Positions 31,513 to 42,457 are shown, counted from the first letter of the stretch. The stretch: 64,000 nucleotides of DNA from Gelidibacter sp. (GCF_035515035.1 NZ_DATJCA010000041.1:1705-65704), one strand, 5' to 3'. Notes: generated by a model not told the origin, from the sequence alone. A program made the numbers and translations.

Positions 31513-33236
31513 GTTTTAAAGTAAACAGAATAAAATACGCCAATAGTTACGGTCCTACCGTGGGTGATAAAGTACGCTTGGGAGATACTGAACTTTTTAT
31601 TCAAATTGAAAACGATTTTAACAGTGACCATTATGGGGAAGAAAGCACGTTTGGTGGGGGTAAAAATGTTCGCGATGGGATGGCACAGTCGTCAACTAAA
31701 ACTAGAAATGAAAATGTTCTTGACTTTGTAATCTTAAACGTCATTGTGCTTGATCATTGGGGAATTGTAAAAGGTGACTTAGGCATAAAGGACGGCAAAA
31801 TTGTAGGTCTGGGTAAGGCTGGAAACCCAGACACCATGGACGGCATTTCAGAAAACATGATTATTGGTGCTTCTACAGAAGTGCATTCGGGAGCCGGTCA
31901 TATATTAACTGCTGGCGCAATAGACACCCATGTTCATTTTATCAGCCCACAACAAGTTGAACATGCTTTATTTAGTGGAGTGACTACAATGATTGGTGGC
32001 GGATCTGGCCCTGCAGATGGCACCAGTGCAACTTTAGTGACCTCTGGCGCATGGCATATAGAAAAAATGATCCAAGCTACAGAGAACTTCCCTATGAACG
32101 TTGGTTTCTTTGGAAAAGGAAACTGTAGCACAACCGCACCATTAATAGAACAAATAGAGGCCGGAGCACTTGGATTAAAAGTTCATGAAGATTGGGGTGC
32201 CACCCCAGCCGTACTGGATGCCGCACTTACAGTTGCTGACAAATACGATATTCAAGTAGCCTTACACGCCGATAGCTTAAATGAAGCGGGGTTTTTAGAA
32301 CACACGGTAAACGCCATTAATGGAAGAACGATTCATACTTTTCATACTGAAGGTGCGGGGGGTGGCCACGCCCCGGACATTATGAAAATTGCAGCGCATT
32401 CCTATGTGTTGCCAAGTTCCACAAACCCAACCATGCCTTACACGGTCAATACTATTGATGAACATTTGGACATGCTTATGGTAGCCCACCATTTAAAAAA
32501 ATCCATCCCTGAAGATGTGGCATTCGCAGATTCAAGAATTAGAAAAGAAACTATGGCCGCTGAGGATGTTTTGCATGACTTGGGAGTGATCAGTATGATG
32601 AGTTCAGATTCTCAGGCTATGGGAAGGGTTGCCGAAGTTATTATTAGAACCTGGCAAACCGCCCATAAAAACAAGGTACAGCGTGGGTTTCTGGAAGAAG
32701 ATAAAAAAATTGAAGCCGACAATTATAGAGCAAAAAGATATGTGGCAAAGTACACCATTAATCCAGCGCTAACCCATGGTATTTCTAAACATGTAGGCTC
32801 GGTTGAACCAGGTAAAATGGCCGACCTTGTATTATGGAAACCCGCTTTTTTTGGTGTTAAACCAGAAATGGTAATTAAAGGCGGCATGATCGCAGCCAGT
32901 AAAATGGGCGATCCTAACGCGGCTATCCCTACGCCACAACCTGTTTTAATGCGAAATATGTTCGCAACCTTAGGGACTGCCGTGCATAAAACTTCGGTAA
33001 CCTTTGTTTCACAAGCAGGAATTGATAATAATATTGTGGAAAAATACGGTGTTAAAAAGAAATTAATAGCTGTAAAAGGCTGCAGAAGCATTGGCAAAAA
33101 GGATATGGTTCACAATAATGCTATGCCAAACATTGAAATCAATCCTGAGAATTATCAAGTAACCGTGGACGGAAAAGTCATTACCTGTGAGCCTCTAGAT
33201 GTTGTTCCATTAGGTCAACTCTACTTTCTTTTTTAA
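31509..33236 (+). CDS. ureC: Urease alpha subunit (flap Cys replaced by Ala)
   Basis: Metal ligands intact: [38 protein letters not shown]. Flap reads MLMVAHHL. Confidence 0.97.
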   Translation: MSFKVNRIKYANSYGPTVGDKVRLGDTELFIQIENDFNSDHYGEESTFGGGKNVRDGMAQSSTKTRNENVLDFVILNVIVLDHWGIVKGDLGIKDGKIVGLGKAGNPDTMDGISENMIIGASTEVHSGAGHILTAGAIDTHVHFISPQQVEHALFSGVTTMIGGGSGPADGTSATLVTSGAWHIEKMIQATENFPMNVGFFGKGNCSTTAPLIEQIEAGALGLKVHEDWGATPAVLDAALTVADKYDIQVALHADSLNEAGFLEHTVNAINGRTIHTFHTEGAGGGHAPDIMKIAAHSYVLPSSTNPTMPYTVNTIDEHLDMLMVAHHLKKSIPEDVAFADSRIRKETMAAEDVLHDLGVISMMSSDSQAMGRVAEVIIRTWQTAHKNKVQRGFLEEDKKIEADNYRAKRYVAKYTINPALTHGISKHVGSVEPGKMADLVLWKPAFFGVKPEMVIKGGMIAASKMGDPNAAIPTPQPVLMRNMFATLGTAVHKTSVTFVSQAGIDNNIVEKYGVKKKLIAVKGCRSIGKKDMVHNNAMPNIEINPENYQVTVDGKVITCEPLDVVPLGQLYFLF

Positions 33237-33261
33237 GAGTGTAAATTCTTAAACTAAAACG

Positions 33262-33768
33262 ATGATTTGTAAAGAAGTAATTGGTAATATAGATACATAT
33301 CCTATAGGCAATAAAACTAAAGATCCACTCAACCTGCAATGGTTTGAGACTACTAAGCGCATTATGCGTAAACGGTCGGAAGGAAATCAAGAGGTTGTCA
33401 TTAAATTTCTAAAGGAAGGGACACGACTCAAAGAAGGCGACATTGTTTATGAAGGCCCGGACAAAGTCGTAGTCGTAAATATTTTGGCTTGCGATGCCAT
33501 ACAAGTAACCCCAAGATCCATTTACGAAATGGGGACGGTTTGCTATGAAATAGGAAATAAACATTTGCCACTTTTCATTCAAGATGACCACGTGCTTATT
33601 CCCTATGAAAAACCGTTGGAACGCCTTCTAATGGCTACTGGGTATGAAGTCAAAAAAACCCATTGCAAATTGCTCAATATGCTAAAAGCCAATGTAGAAC
33701 CTCACCAGCATGGAAGATCAGGAAGTTCACTCTTTTCTAAAATACTTGAACTAACCACTAAAGAGTAG
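33262..33768 (+). CDS. ureE: Urease accessory Ni chaperone
   Basis: YEIGNKHLP motif; short PHQHG His patch; operon position. Confidence 0.92.
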   Translation: MICKEVIGNIDTYPIGNKTKDPLNLQWFETTKRIMRKRSEGNQEVVIKFLKEGTRLKEGDIVYEGPDKVVVVNILACDAIQVTPRSIYEMGTVCYEIGNKHLPLFIQDDHVLIPYEKPLERLLMATGYEVKKTHCKLLNMLKANVEPHQHGRSGSSLFSKILELTTKE

Positions 33769-33783
33769 CACAATTATGAGATA

Positions 33784-33817
33784 CTGCTGCCTCAAAAAAC
33801 ATTTTTTTGGGCAGCAG
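33784..33817 (+). terminator. Intra-operon stem-loop between ureE and ureF
   Basis: CTGCTGCC(T)CAAAAAA-CAT-TTTTTTGGGCAGCAG. Confidence 0.6.
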
Positions 33818-33839
33818 ATTATTTATAAGATAAAATGAA

Positions 33840-34553
33840 ATGAATAAGAACACAACCAAACCTACAGCATTGGGTTCACTTATTGTTATACTCCATATTT
33901 CGGATCCCACATTGCCCATTGGCGGATTTTCGCATTCAAATGGTTTGGAAACATACGTTCAGCAGCATCTGGTAAGGAACGCTTCCACCACCCAAGAGTT
34001 TGTAGAAAGCATGCTGAAAAACAATTATAAGTACAATGATGGCTTAGCGGTAAAACTGGCTTTTGAATTCACTGAGCAAAACAACTTGGATGACCTCCTA
34101 AAATTAGACAACGAATGTCAAGCTTTGAAGGCCCCATTAGAGGTGCGCGAGGCCAGTGAGAAATTGGGTAATCGTCTCATAAAAATCTATGCAAAATTAT
34201 TAGAGGAGCCATTTTTAAATGAAATCAATGATCTCATTGCAAAAAAGAAGATGCTGGGCCATTATTCTGTCGTGTATGGAAGCATTACGGCACTATTAAA
34301 AATAGATAAGGAGCAAGCTATCTGTGCGTTTCTTTATAATGCCGCCGTTGCTATGGTTACAAATGCGGTAAAGCTGGTTCCACTTGGCCAAACGGATGGT
34401 CAACAAATAATTTATAACGTTCAAGGCCTTATCGAAGATTTGACTTTAGAAATAATGAATGTCGAAAGAGACCTACATGGTGTTTGCAACACCGCCTTGG
34501 ACATTAAGTGCATGCAACACGAACACCTCTATTCAAGATTATACATGTCCTAA
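33840..34553 (+). CDS. ureF: Urease accessory protein
   Basis: SDPTLPIGGFSHSNGLE, AVKLVPLGQ, HEHLYSRLYMS. Confidence 0.95.
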   Translation: MNKNTTKPTALGSLIVILHISDPTLPIGGFSHSNGLETYVQQHLVRNASTTQEFVESMLKNNYKYNDGLAVKLAFEFTEQNNLDDLLKLDNECQALKAPLEVREASEKLGNRLIKIYAKLLEEPFLNEINDLIAKKKMLGHYSVVYGSITALLKIDKEQAICAFLYNAAVAMVTNAVKLVPLGQTDGQQIIYNVQGLIEDLTLEIMNVERDLHGVCNTALDIKCMQHEHLYSRLYMS

Positions 34554-34574
34554 AAAACTACAATTAAAGATACT

Positions 34575-35216
34575 ATGGAAGAAAGAAAATATATAAAAAT
34601 TGGCGTTGCAGGACCAGTAGGTACTGGAAAAACAGCTTTGATAGAAAAAATAACAAAAAGAATTGCAAAAGACTATAGCATTGGTGTGGTCACTAATGAT
34701 ATTTATACAAAAGAAGACGCTAAATATCTTGAAAAAAACTCCTCCCTGGATGCCAATAGAATTATTGGTGTGGAAACCGGTGGATGTCCTCATACTGCTA
34801 TTAGAGAAGATGCCAGTATGAACCTTGAGGCAGTTGACGAAATTGTTAATAGACATCCAGAGGTGGAAATCATCTTTATTGAAAGTGGCGGCGATAATTT
34901 ATCAGCTACGTTTAGTCCTGACCTTGCCGATGTCACCATTTTTGTAATTTCCGTAGCGGCAGGATCTGATATTCCTCGAAAAGGGGGTCCAGGCATCACG
35001 CGTTCAGATTTATTGGTCATCAATAAAAAAGATTTAGCTCCTTATGTCAATGCCGATTTAAAACTCATGGAAGATGATGCGCGCAGAATGCGAAACGGAG
35101 AACCTTTTGTCTTTACCAACCTGATGACTGATGAAGGCTTGGACAGCGTGATCCAATGGATAAAGCGCTACGCCTTGGTGGAGGAGCAAACTCAAGAACC
35201 GCAACTCCTTAGATAA
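34575..35216 (+). CDS. ureG: Urease accessory GTPase
   Basis: [32 protein letters not shown]. Confidence 0.97.
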   Translation: MEERKYIKIGVAGPVGTGKTALIEKITKRIAKDYSIGVVTNDIYTKEDAKYLEKNSSLDANRIIGVETGGCPHTAIREDASMNLEAVDEIVNRHPEVEIIFIESGGDNLSATFSPDLADVTIFVISVAAGSDIPRKGGPGITRSDLLVINKKDLAPYVNADLKLMEDDARRMRNGEPFVFTNLMTDEGLDSVIQWIKRYALVEEQTQEPQLLR

Positions 35217-36016
35217 TGGAAAAATACAGTCTTAAAACTGGACTAAGAGAACAAACGATACTAAAAGACGTCTATTTTACGCCACCGTTTAACTTGGTTG
35301 AAGTTAGAGAAAATAAAAAAAATCCATTGTTAGAGATGATGGTGATGTCTTCATCACCTGGGATTTTAAACGATGACTTTTATGATATCAATATTGAAGT
35401 GATAGATGGCTCTTCATTGAATTTGCAGACCCAATCCTATCAGCGCATCTATGTTTCTGATAAAGGCACCAACCAACAGATGAATATTTCAGTAGGAGAT
35501 CGCGCTTATTTTAGCCATGTACCCCATCCTGTGGTACCTCATAAAGGAGCCCGTTATACAGCTAAGAGCACCATTAATCTCAAAAAAAGCAGTACATTTT
35601 TGTGGAGCGACATATTAACCTGTGGACGGAAATTTATGGGAAAAGGAGAATTATTTCAGTTTAAAAAGCACCACGCCATTACAGAAATATATCAAGAGGA
35701 TGTTCTGATTTTTAAGGACAACCTCTATATCGTTCCTGAAAAAATAAATCTGAAGGATTTTGGTCAATACGAAGAATACACCCACCAAGGAAGTTTATTC
35801 TTTATAGTTCCGGAAACTGATGTTACAGAACGCATGGTCCATATCTCCAACAGATTATCAAAAGAAGAGGGCATTAGTTACGGCATATCTAAGTTGTTAG
35901 ATAATGCCTATATACTCAGAATCCTGGGAAATGAAGGCCAACAACTCTATAAATTATTTACCGAAATACGTTTAGCTGAAGATAAATTAATTAACCAGAG
36001 AGTAAGCATAAATTAA
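35216..36016 (+). CDS. ureD: Urease accessory protein
   Basis: SSSPGILNDD, LQTQSYQRIY, PHPVVPH, DILTCGR; start overlaps the ureG stop. Confidence 0.92.
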   Translation: MEKYSLKTGLREQTILKDVYFTPPFNLVEVRENKKNPLLEMMVMSSSPGILNDDFYDINIEVIDGSSLNLQTQSYQRIYVSDKGTNQQMNISVGDRAYFSHVPHPVVPHKGARYTAKSTINLKKSSTFLWSDILTCGRKFMGKGELFQFKKHHAITEIYQEDVLIFKDNLYIVPEKINLKDFGQYEEYTHQGSLFFIVPETDVTERMVHISNRLSKEEGISYGISKLLDNAYILRILGNEGQQLYKLFTEIRLAEDKLINQRVSIN

Positions 36017-36020
36017 ACAA

Positions 36021-36722
36021 ATGGAAACAGAATTGAGCATTTTATTGTTTACGGCAGTTTCTGTAAGTGTATTGCACACCGTCTCAGGTCCGGATCACTA
36101 CATTCCTTTCATAGCCATAGGGAAAACCAAAGGTTGGAAACTTCCAAAAATCGTCATGTGGACTATTATTTGTGGAACGGCACATGTTTTGGCTTCTGTA
36201 TTAATTGCCTCAGGAGGTGCTGCATTAGGATTTTCCTTGAGCAAAATAGATGGCCTGAACGAAATTAGAGGTGGTTTGGCCAGTTGGGCCATCCTCATCT
36301 TTGGACTTCTCTATTTTCTGTACGGCCTTTATGGAGTCTATAAAGAGAAAAGACACAAACATTTTGATGTTTATGACGATGGTTCAGTTTATGTTTTTGA
36401 GCACGATCACAAACAAATGACCTATCCGTCCAATCGAAGAAAAGTGACACCATGGGTTCTTTTTTTAATTTTTTTACTGGGACCATGTGAAGTCCTATTT
36501 CCTTTGTTGACCTATCCAGCGGTTGAACAATCTACATTTAATATGTTTATTTTAATCACAACCTTCCTGTTCACCACCGTCTCAACAATGGTCTTGGTTG
36601 TGATATTAATTTATTACGGTTTTAATTTTATTAAAACCGAATGGTTAGAAAAATACGTGACCCCAATCTCAGGCCTCTCCATTGCCCTATGTGGAGTAGG
36701 AATGGTTTTTTTAGGATGGTAA
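36021..36722 (+). CDS. Nickel permease (UreH/NiCoT-like)
   Basis: HTVSGPDH (HxxxxDH-like) in TM1, His-containing loop (HKH..HDH), GPCE, about 6 TM helices; last gene of the ure operon. Confidence 0.75.
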   Translation: METELSILLFTAVSVSVLHTVSGPDHYIPFIAIGKTKGWKLPKIVMWTIICGTAHVLASVLIASGGAALGFSLSKIDGLNEIRGGLASWAILIFGLLYFLYGLYGVYKEKRHKHFDVYDDGSVYVFEHDHKQMTYPSNRRKVTPWVLFLIFLLGPCEVLFPLLTYPAVEQSTFNMFILITTFLFTTVSTMVLVVILIYYGFNFIKTEWLEKYVTPISGLSIALCGVGMVFLGW

Positions 36723-36910
36723 ATTTCATCTCTATTAAATAGTTTCCTTCTCCTTTCGTCGTGTATACCCTTTAATGGATGAGCACATGTTGCTTATCCT
36801 TTTTAAGGAATTCCATTTGGACTTGGCCTTTCAAATTTCCTATAAATTTTGGCGGGCTGTTAAATGTTAATAAAATACATCTTGATTATAAATATTTTTA
36901 TATTTGAAGT

Positions 36911-37555
36911 ATGTCCAAACTTCTAAGCTTCCTCTACCCTATTACAAAAAAAATTCAATCCGAGTTTAGCGGGACTTTGGAAATCACTTGGCACAACGGA
37001 AAAAAGCATCTCGACACCAAAAACGCAAATTACTCTTATGGTTCCCTTCAAAGAATTTTGAAGTTTGGATTGGACCACATTGATGTGAACAGAGTAAATT
37101 CGGTCTTGCTTTTAGGTCTGGGTGGTGGCAGTGTAGTTGAAACGCTCCGTCAAGATTTTTCCTATTCCAAAGATATCACCGCCGTGGATATTGATCCGAC
37201 CATCATAGAAATTGCCAAGAATGAATTCAAGCTCAAAGAAGATGAGTATTTAAAAATCGTTTGTGCAGATGCCTTGGATTTCATGCAAATAAATAGCACT
37301 CAATTTGATTTGATCATCATCGACTTATTTATAGATACTGAGGTGCCAAAAGCATTTTTGGGAATTCCGTTTTGGAAGGACGTTCTTAAAGCCTCATCTA
37401 CTAATGGCGCCATTTTATTTAACGCATCCTTAGCCAAATCAAAAAGCAATGCTTTAATTAAGGTTATCGAATTCTTAAAATCACGTATGTACCACACCGA
37501 AGTTTTTGAAAAAGTCAATGCGACCAATACCCTTATTTTATCAAAAGGATTATAA
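36911..37555 (+). CDS. SAM-dependent methyltransferase, spermidine synthase-like
   Basis: NANYSYGSLQ, LLLGLGGGS, VDIDP, DLIIIDLF. Confidence 0.85.
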   Translation: MSKLLSFLYPITKKIQSEFSGTLEITWHNGKKHLDTKNANYSYGSLQRILKFGLDHIDVNRVNSVLLLGLGGGSVVETLRQDFSYSKDITAVDIDPTIIEIAKNEFKLKEDEYLKIVCADALDFMQINSTQFDLIIIDLFIDTEVPKAFLGIPFWKDVLKASSTNGAILFNASLAKSKSNALIKVIEFLKSRMYHTEVFEKVNATNTLILSKGL

Positions 37556-37607
37556 ACCATTCAAAACGAAATATTTGTATCTTGTTCTTAAGTTAACTTC
37601 ATAAATT

Positions 37608-37958
37608 ATGAGCAAAGCGTGTTTAGAATGTGGAGAAAAAATTGTCGGGAGAGCCGATAAAAAATTCTGCAGTGATGCCTGTAGAAATTCCTATAACAAC
37701 ACCATCAACAAGGATGGGAAAAACCTGATCAGAAACACCAACAACAGATTGCGGAAAAACTATCGGATCTTGGAGGATTTAAATCCAGACCAAAAGACGA
37801 GGGTTTCGCGTGGAAAATTGATTGAAAAAGGATTTGATTTTAATTATTTCACAAGTATCTATACCACTAAAGCAGGCACGGTATATTACTTTGTATATGA
37901 CCAAGGCTATTTACCTCTGGAAGGTGATTTTTATGCTTTGGTGAAGCGGGAGAGTTGA
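37608..37958 (+). CDS. Conserved hypothetical Zn-ribbon protein
   Basis: CLECG...GRADKKFCSDACR four-Cys motif; GFDFNYFT. Confidence 0.75.
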   Translation: MSKACLECGEKIVGRADKKFCSDACRNSYNNTINKDGKNLIRNTNNRLRKNYRILEDLNPDQKTRVSRGKLIEKGFDFNYFTSIYTTKAGTVYYFVYDQGYLPLEGDFYALVKRES

Positions 37959-37971
37959 TCAACTTCAGAAA

Positions 37972-38451
37972 TTACTTCACCGTCGAATTCCAGTTTTGCC
38001 CTTTCATTTCCAAGGCCGCCTTTAAAACATCTTTCTGGCTGATTTGCCCGACCAACTTGCCATCTTCAAGAATTGGAAATCTGCGATGTTTGGATTCTAA
38101 AAAAATGCTGGCTGCATCAAAAACATTCATATTTCCGTCTAATGTATCCACGTTGGTCATCATGCGCTCACCAACTTTATCCTTTTCATTGGGCATATTG
38201 TAGTACCGGCTCTCACTGATATGTTTTAAGCAATCGCCTTCGGAAATTATCCCAACCAACTCATTCTTTTCGTTGACTACTGGACCGCCAGAAATTCTAT
38301 GCTTGATCAAAATCTCAACAACTTCTATGATTTTTTGATCCGGCCTGAACGTAATCAAATCGCGCGTCATATAATCACTCACTCTGCACGACAACTGGTC
38401 GGTAACTTTTTGCTGTTGTCTTCGTGCGCCTTGGAAACTCTTGATAGCCAT
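37972..38451 (-). CDS. CBS-domain pair protein
   Basis: VSDYMT, ISGGPVV..LVGIISEGD, RRFPIL..LVGQISQKD. Confidence 0.9.
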   Translation of the reverse strand: MAIKSFQGARRQQQKVTDQLSCRVSDYMTRDLITFRPDQKIIEVVEILIKHRISGGPVVNEKNELVGIISEGDCLKHISESRYYNMPNEKDKVGERMMTNVDTLDGNMNVFDAASIFLESKHRRFPILEDGKLVGQISQKDVLKAALEMKGQNWNSTVK

Positions 38452-38562
38452 AATCTTATAATTTAGTGAACTTTAAATTTAACAAAAATTCATCATTTAA
38501 CCTAACCCTCATTTACACGAAAATAATTTTGTAGATTTAACATCCAACCAAACCCGTTTCTT

Positions 38563-40863
38563 ATGCTCAAAAAAGCACTTGCTGTCGCCTTAATTATTTT
38601 AGCGATTTATTGGAGTTATTTCGCTTTACTGCCGACTAAAATTTCCGATTTAAATACCAAACCCACCGCTTTTTCCTCTGAACGTGCTCTTGTTCATCTA
38701 AAAAACATATCTGAAAAACCACACTATGTGGGATCTGAAGAACATGAAGTGGTCAAAAACTATCTCGTCAAAGCGTTGAACGATTTAGGTCTAGAAACTC
38801 AAATTCAAGAAGGGTATAGCCAAAATAAGAAATGGGGAAGCATTGTCAAACCTAAAAACATATTAACGCGCATAAAGGGCAGGGACAATTCCAAAGCCTT
38901 GATGCTGCTCACACATTACGATAGCAAATCGCACGCGTCCTATGGGGCAAGTGATGCGGGTTCTGGTGTGGTCACTATTTTAGAAGGCATCCGCGCATTT
39001 TTGAGCGAGGGAAAAACACCTAAAAACGATATCATCATCCTTTTCTCTGACGCCGAAGAATTAGGATTGAATGGCGCCGATATTTTCGTCAATCAGCACC
39101 CATGGGCAAAAGACGTAGGTCTTGTCCTAAATTTTGAAGCGCGTGGAAGCGGAGGCCCGAGCTATATGTTGATTGAAACCAACGGCGGCAATCAAAACCT
39201 GATCAATGGTTTTATAGCAGCAAATCCTGATTACCCTGTAGCCAATTCCCTGGCCTATAGCATCTATAAAATGTTGCCCAACGATACGGATCTCACCTAT
39301 TTCCGGGAAGATGGCGATATAGATGGCTTGAATTTTGCCTTTATTGATGATCATTTTGATTACCATACCGCTTTAGACTCTTACGACCGATTGGACAGAA
39401 ACACTCTCGAACATCAAGGCAGTTATTTCATGCCACTACTCGCGTATTTCTCAGAAGCCGACCTCAGCAGTTTAAAAAGTGATAAAGATTCGGTCTATTT
39501 TAATGTCCCACTTTTCAAAATGATCAGTTATTCCAATTCCTGGATAGTACCGATGCTCATTTTTGCAATCCTCATATTTCTTGCCTTAGTATTTTATGGC
39601 ATTAAAAAGAGACGCTTAAATTCCAAACACATGGCTTTGGCTTTCCTTCCAGGGATAGCTGCCTTACTCATCAACGGCATTATAGGCTATTTTGGATGGA
39701 AATTACTTCTGGTCATCTATCCGCAATACGTAGAAATCCTTCATGGCTTTCCTTACAATGGGCACCTTTATATCTGGGCTTTTGCATTGTTGTCCACAGC
39801 CGTATGCATGTGGCTTTACAACAAAGTTTATAAACCGGAAAACACTGCAAGTTTAGCGGTTCCGCCATTGATATTATGGCTCATAATTTGCGCCGTTGTA
39901 GCATTTAAACTTGAAGGTGCCAGTTTTTTTATCATTCCTGTGTATTTTGGATTGATCAGTCTTTTTGTTTTGATCCGGCAAAAACGTCCCGACATTCTGT
40001 TGATGACTTTTTTGCACTTTCCGCTTTTAATGATCATGTCGCCATTTATCAAAATGTTCCCGGTAGGGTTGGGACTAAAAACCATTATCGCTTCAACACT
40101 TTTGATCTCCATTATGTTTTCTCTATGTATTACGGTTTTTGGATTTTCACGCTACAAAAACCGATGGGCTTACATTCTTTTTATCGCTGCTTTCGGATTC
40201 TTTATTGCCGCACATACAACATCAGATTTTAATGAAGAACGTCCAAAGCCAAACAGTCTTGTTTATTTGTATGACGCCGATAAAGACACGGCACTTTGGG
40301 CAACCTATGACCAAACTCTAGATGATTGGACCAAAGCCTACCTAACGGATGAGCCAGACGTTTTTGACGTTTCCAATATCAGCTTTGACAGTAAATATGG
40401 GACAAAGTTATCTTACAGTAAAAAAGCCGATCTCAAGCCTCTTAAAAAACCTTACGTGGACAAGCAGAAGGATACGATTATTGGTGATGTGAGACATCTT
40501 CAAATTTTCGTTTCCCCACAACGCGCCGTAAACACTTTAGAGTTTTATTCCGATGATTCGAACAAATTCCTAAGCTTTAATATCAACGGATTGGAAATCG
40601 CAAAAAACAAAGATGAGACGCATGTTTTTACCCATCGCATTAAAAATAGATTGTTCAGTTATGTGGTTACCGATCATAAAAACATAGAACTGAACTTTAG
40701 TGTTCCTGCATCCCAAAAAACAACTTTCGACATTTTTGAGGTTTCTTTCGATTTGATCGATAATGATTTGTTTAAAATTCCAAAACGTCCAAAAACAATG
40801 ATTTCGAAACCATTTGTTTTAAATGACGCTATAATCATTAAGAAAACTATATCGGTTGAATAA
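38563..40863 (+). CDS. Membrane-bound M28 family metallopeptidase
   Basis: HYDS, GASDAGSG, DAEELGL, NFEARG, YHT, followed by a multi-TM region. Confidence 0.92.
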   Translation: MLKKALAVALIILAIYWSYFALLPTKISDLNTKPTAFSSERALVHLKNISEKPHYVGSEEHEVVKNYLVKALNDLGLETQIQEGYSQNKKWGSIVKPKNILTRIKGRDNSKALMLLTHYDSKSHASYGASDAGSGVVTILEGIRAFLSEGKTPKNDIIILFSDAEELGLNGADIFVNQHPWAKDVGLVLNFEARGSGGPSYMLIETNGGNQNLINGFIAANPDYPVANSLAYSIYKMLPNDTDLTYFREDGDIDGLNFAFIDDHFDYHTALDSYDRLDRNTLEHQGSYFMPLLAYFSEADLSSLKSDKDSVYFNVPLFKMISYSNSWIVPMLIFAILIFLALVFYGIKKRRLNSKHMALAFLPGIAALLINGIIGYFGWKLLLVIYPQYVEILHGFPYNGHLYIWAFALLSTAVCMWLYNKVYKPENTASLAVPPLILWLIICAVVAFKLEGASFFIIPVYFGLISLFVLIRQKRPDILLMTFLHFPLLMIMSPFIKMFPVGLGLKTIIASTLLISIMFSLCITVFGFSRYKNRWAYILFIAAFGFFIAAHTTSDFNEERPKPNSLVYLYDADKDTALWATYDQTLDDWTKAYLTDEPDVFDVSNISFDSKYGTKLSYSKKADLKPLKKPYVDKQKDTIIGDVRHLQIFVSPQRAVNTLEFYSDDSNKFLSFNINGLEIAKNKDETHVFTHRIKNRLFSYVVTDHKNIELNFSVPASQKTTFDIFEVSFDLIDNDLFKIPKRPKTMISKPFVLNDAIIIKKTISVE

Positions 40864-41665
40864 ACATATCAGCATTATTGGTTGTGGTTGGTTAGGATTG
40901 CCGCTTGCCACGGAGCTGCTTAAAAGTGGCCATTTCGTAAAAGGATCAACAACTTCTGTGGACAAAGTGGCCCTTTTGAAAAATGCAGGCATCCGTCCGT
41001 TCCTGATTTCTATTTCTGACGTTGGCATCACAGGACCCATAGAAGAATTTTTGAAAGACAGCGAGATTCTTGTCATCAACATTCCTCCAGGTCTAAGAAA
41101 AAATCCCGATGCAAATTTTGTAAAACAGATGGATTTTCTTTGTAAGCACATTGAAACTTCCACCGTTAAACAGGTGCTTTATGTGAGTTCAACTTCGGTA
41201 TATGAAGACGTTGCAAAACTGTCCTTTATTACAGAGGAAAGTCCAACAGATGGTCAATCGGCAGCTGCAAAACAACTCATCGCTGCCGAACAGATTTTTA
41301 AAACCAATCCTAATTTTGAAACAACAATTTTGAGGTTTGCCGGTCTGATTGGCGATGATCGTAATCCCGCAAAATTTCTGTCTGGAAAGAATAACATTAA
41401 AGATCCTGAAGGTCCTGTCAATTTAATCCATCAAAAAGATGCTATTGGCCTTATTAAAGCCATCATCAACAACCAACATTGGAACACCGATTTTAATGCT
41501 GCGTCTCCACAACACCCAACAAGAAAAGCGTATTACACCTCACTTTGTATAATTGAAAACTTACCCATTCCGCAATTTGAGGATTCAGGACCAAGTCTCG
41601 GAAAAATCATTTCCAGCGAGAAAGTAGAGCGGATTTTGAAATATGGCTTTCAGCACCATCTGTAA
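40856..41665 (+). CDS. NAD(P)-dependent epimerase/dehydratase-like SDR (YeeZ-like)
   Basis: IIGCGWLG, SSTSVY, LRFAGLIG, VNLIHQKD. Confidence 0.87.
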   Translation: MNKHISIIGCGWLGLPLATELLKSGHFVKGSTTSVDKVALLKNAGIRPFLISISDVGITGPIEEFLKDSEILVINIPPGLRKNPDANFVKQMDFLCKHIETSTVKQVLYVSSTSVYEDVAKLSFITEESPTDGQSAAAKQLIAAEQIFKTNPNFETTILRFAGLIGDDRNPAKFLSGKNNIKDPEGPVNLIHQKDAIGLIKAIINNQHWNTDFNAASPQHPTRKAYYTSLCIIENLPIPQFEDSGPSLGKIISSEKVERILKYGFQHHL

Positions 41666-41767
41666 CAATTAATAAGCTTTTAAGAGTTTATTTTATTAAT
41701 TTTTATAGATTTGGCGCAATTAACTAAATAACCGCCTGATTTAAAGGCACGAATATCTAATTTGAAA

Positions 41768-42457
41768 ATGAAAAAACTAATACTACTTGTGGTTGTGATG
41801 AGTTCTTTAAACGTCGCTGCCCAAACAAAGACAGAACTTCAAAAGCACTTTGAAAAGTACTACCAACAAATGAAAAAGCAAGGTGATGTTCAAGGTGTCA
41901 TCAATGCAATGACCCACTTGGATGTTATGGCACCTAGCCAAGCGAGAAAAGATACTCTGGCTTATATTTATGTTTCTGAAGGCCGAAACATGGAAGCGCT
42001 CAACACTATTGGTATCGAATCAAGTGGTACAGATTCTGACTTGAATACTGAAATTAAGGCTATTGCATTAAACGCTTTGGGCGAACGTGCACGGGCTTTG
42101 GAATTTTATCAAAAACTATATAAAAAACAAGCCAGCCCAGTATTGGCCTATGAAATAGCTGATTTGCTATTGCAAACAGGTGATCTAGCCGGAGCCCAAG
42201 AAAAAGTTGAATACGGTTTGGCAAATGTAACGGATGAAATGAGACGCACGTTTTATGAAACACAGCAACCTTATCAAACGTCTCTCAGAGCCGGATTTCT
42301 CTATTTAAAAGCCATTCTCACCTATACCCAAGATAAGGACGCCAATCAGGAAGTTGCTATAGCCACTCTCAATCGTGCTCTTGCCATTGACCCTAATTTC
42401 AATTTGGCAAGAATCAGTAAGGAAGCATTACTATCCCGCAAGAAAGGGGAAGATTAA
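41768..42457 (+). CDS. Secreted TPR-like helical protein
   Basis: Signal peptide; TPR-like end (LNRALAIDPNF). Confidence 0.7.
   Translation: MKKLILLVVVMSSLNVAAQTKTELQKHFEKYYQQMKKQGDVQGVINAMTHLDVMAPSQARKDTLAYIYVSEGRNMEALNTIGIESSGTDSDLNTEIKAIALNALGERARALEFYQKLYKKQASPVLAYEIADLLLQTGDLAGAQEKVEYGLANVTDEMRRTFYETQQPYQTSLRAGFLYLKAILTYTQDKDANQEVAIATLNRALAIDPNFNLARISKEALLSRKKGED

Noticed and set aside
41733-41756. SAM-II riboswitch (GCCTGATTTAAAGGC)
   Set aside because: Lacks the 3' AAAU..UAGC pseudoknot strand, and the downstream gene is unrelated to methionine metabolism.
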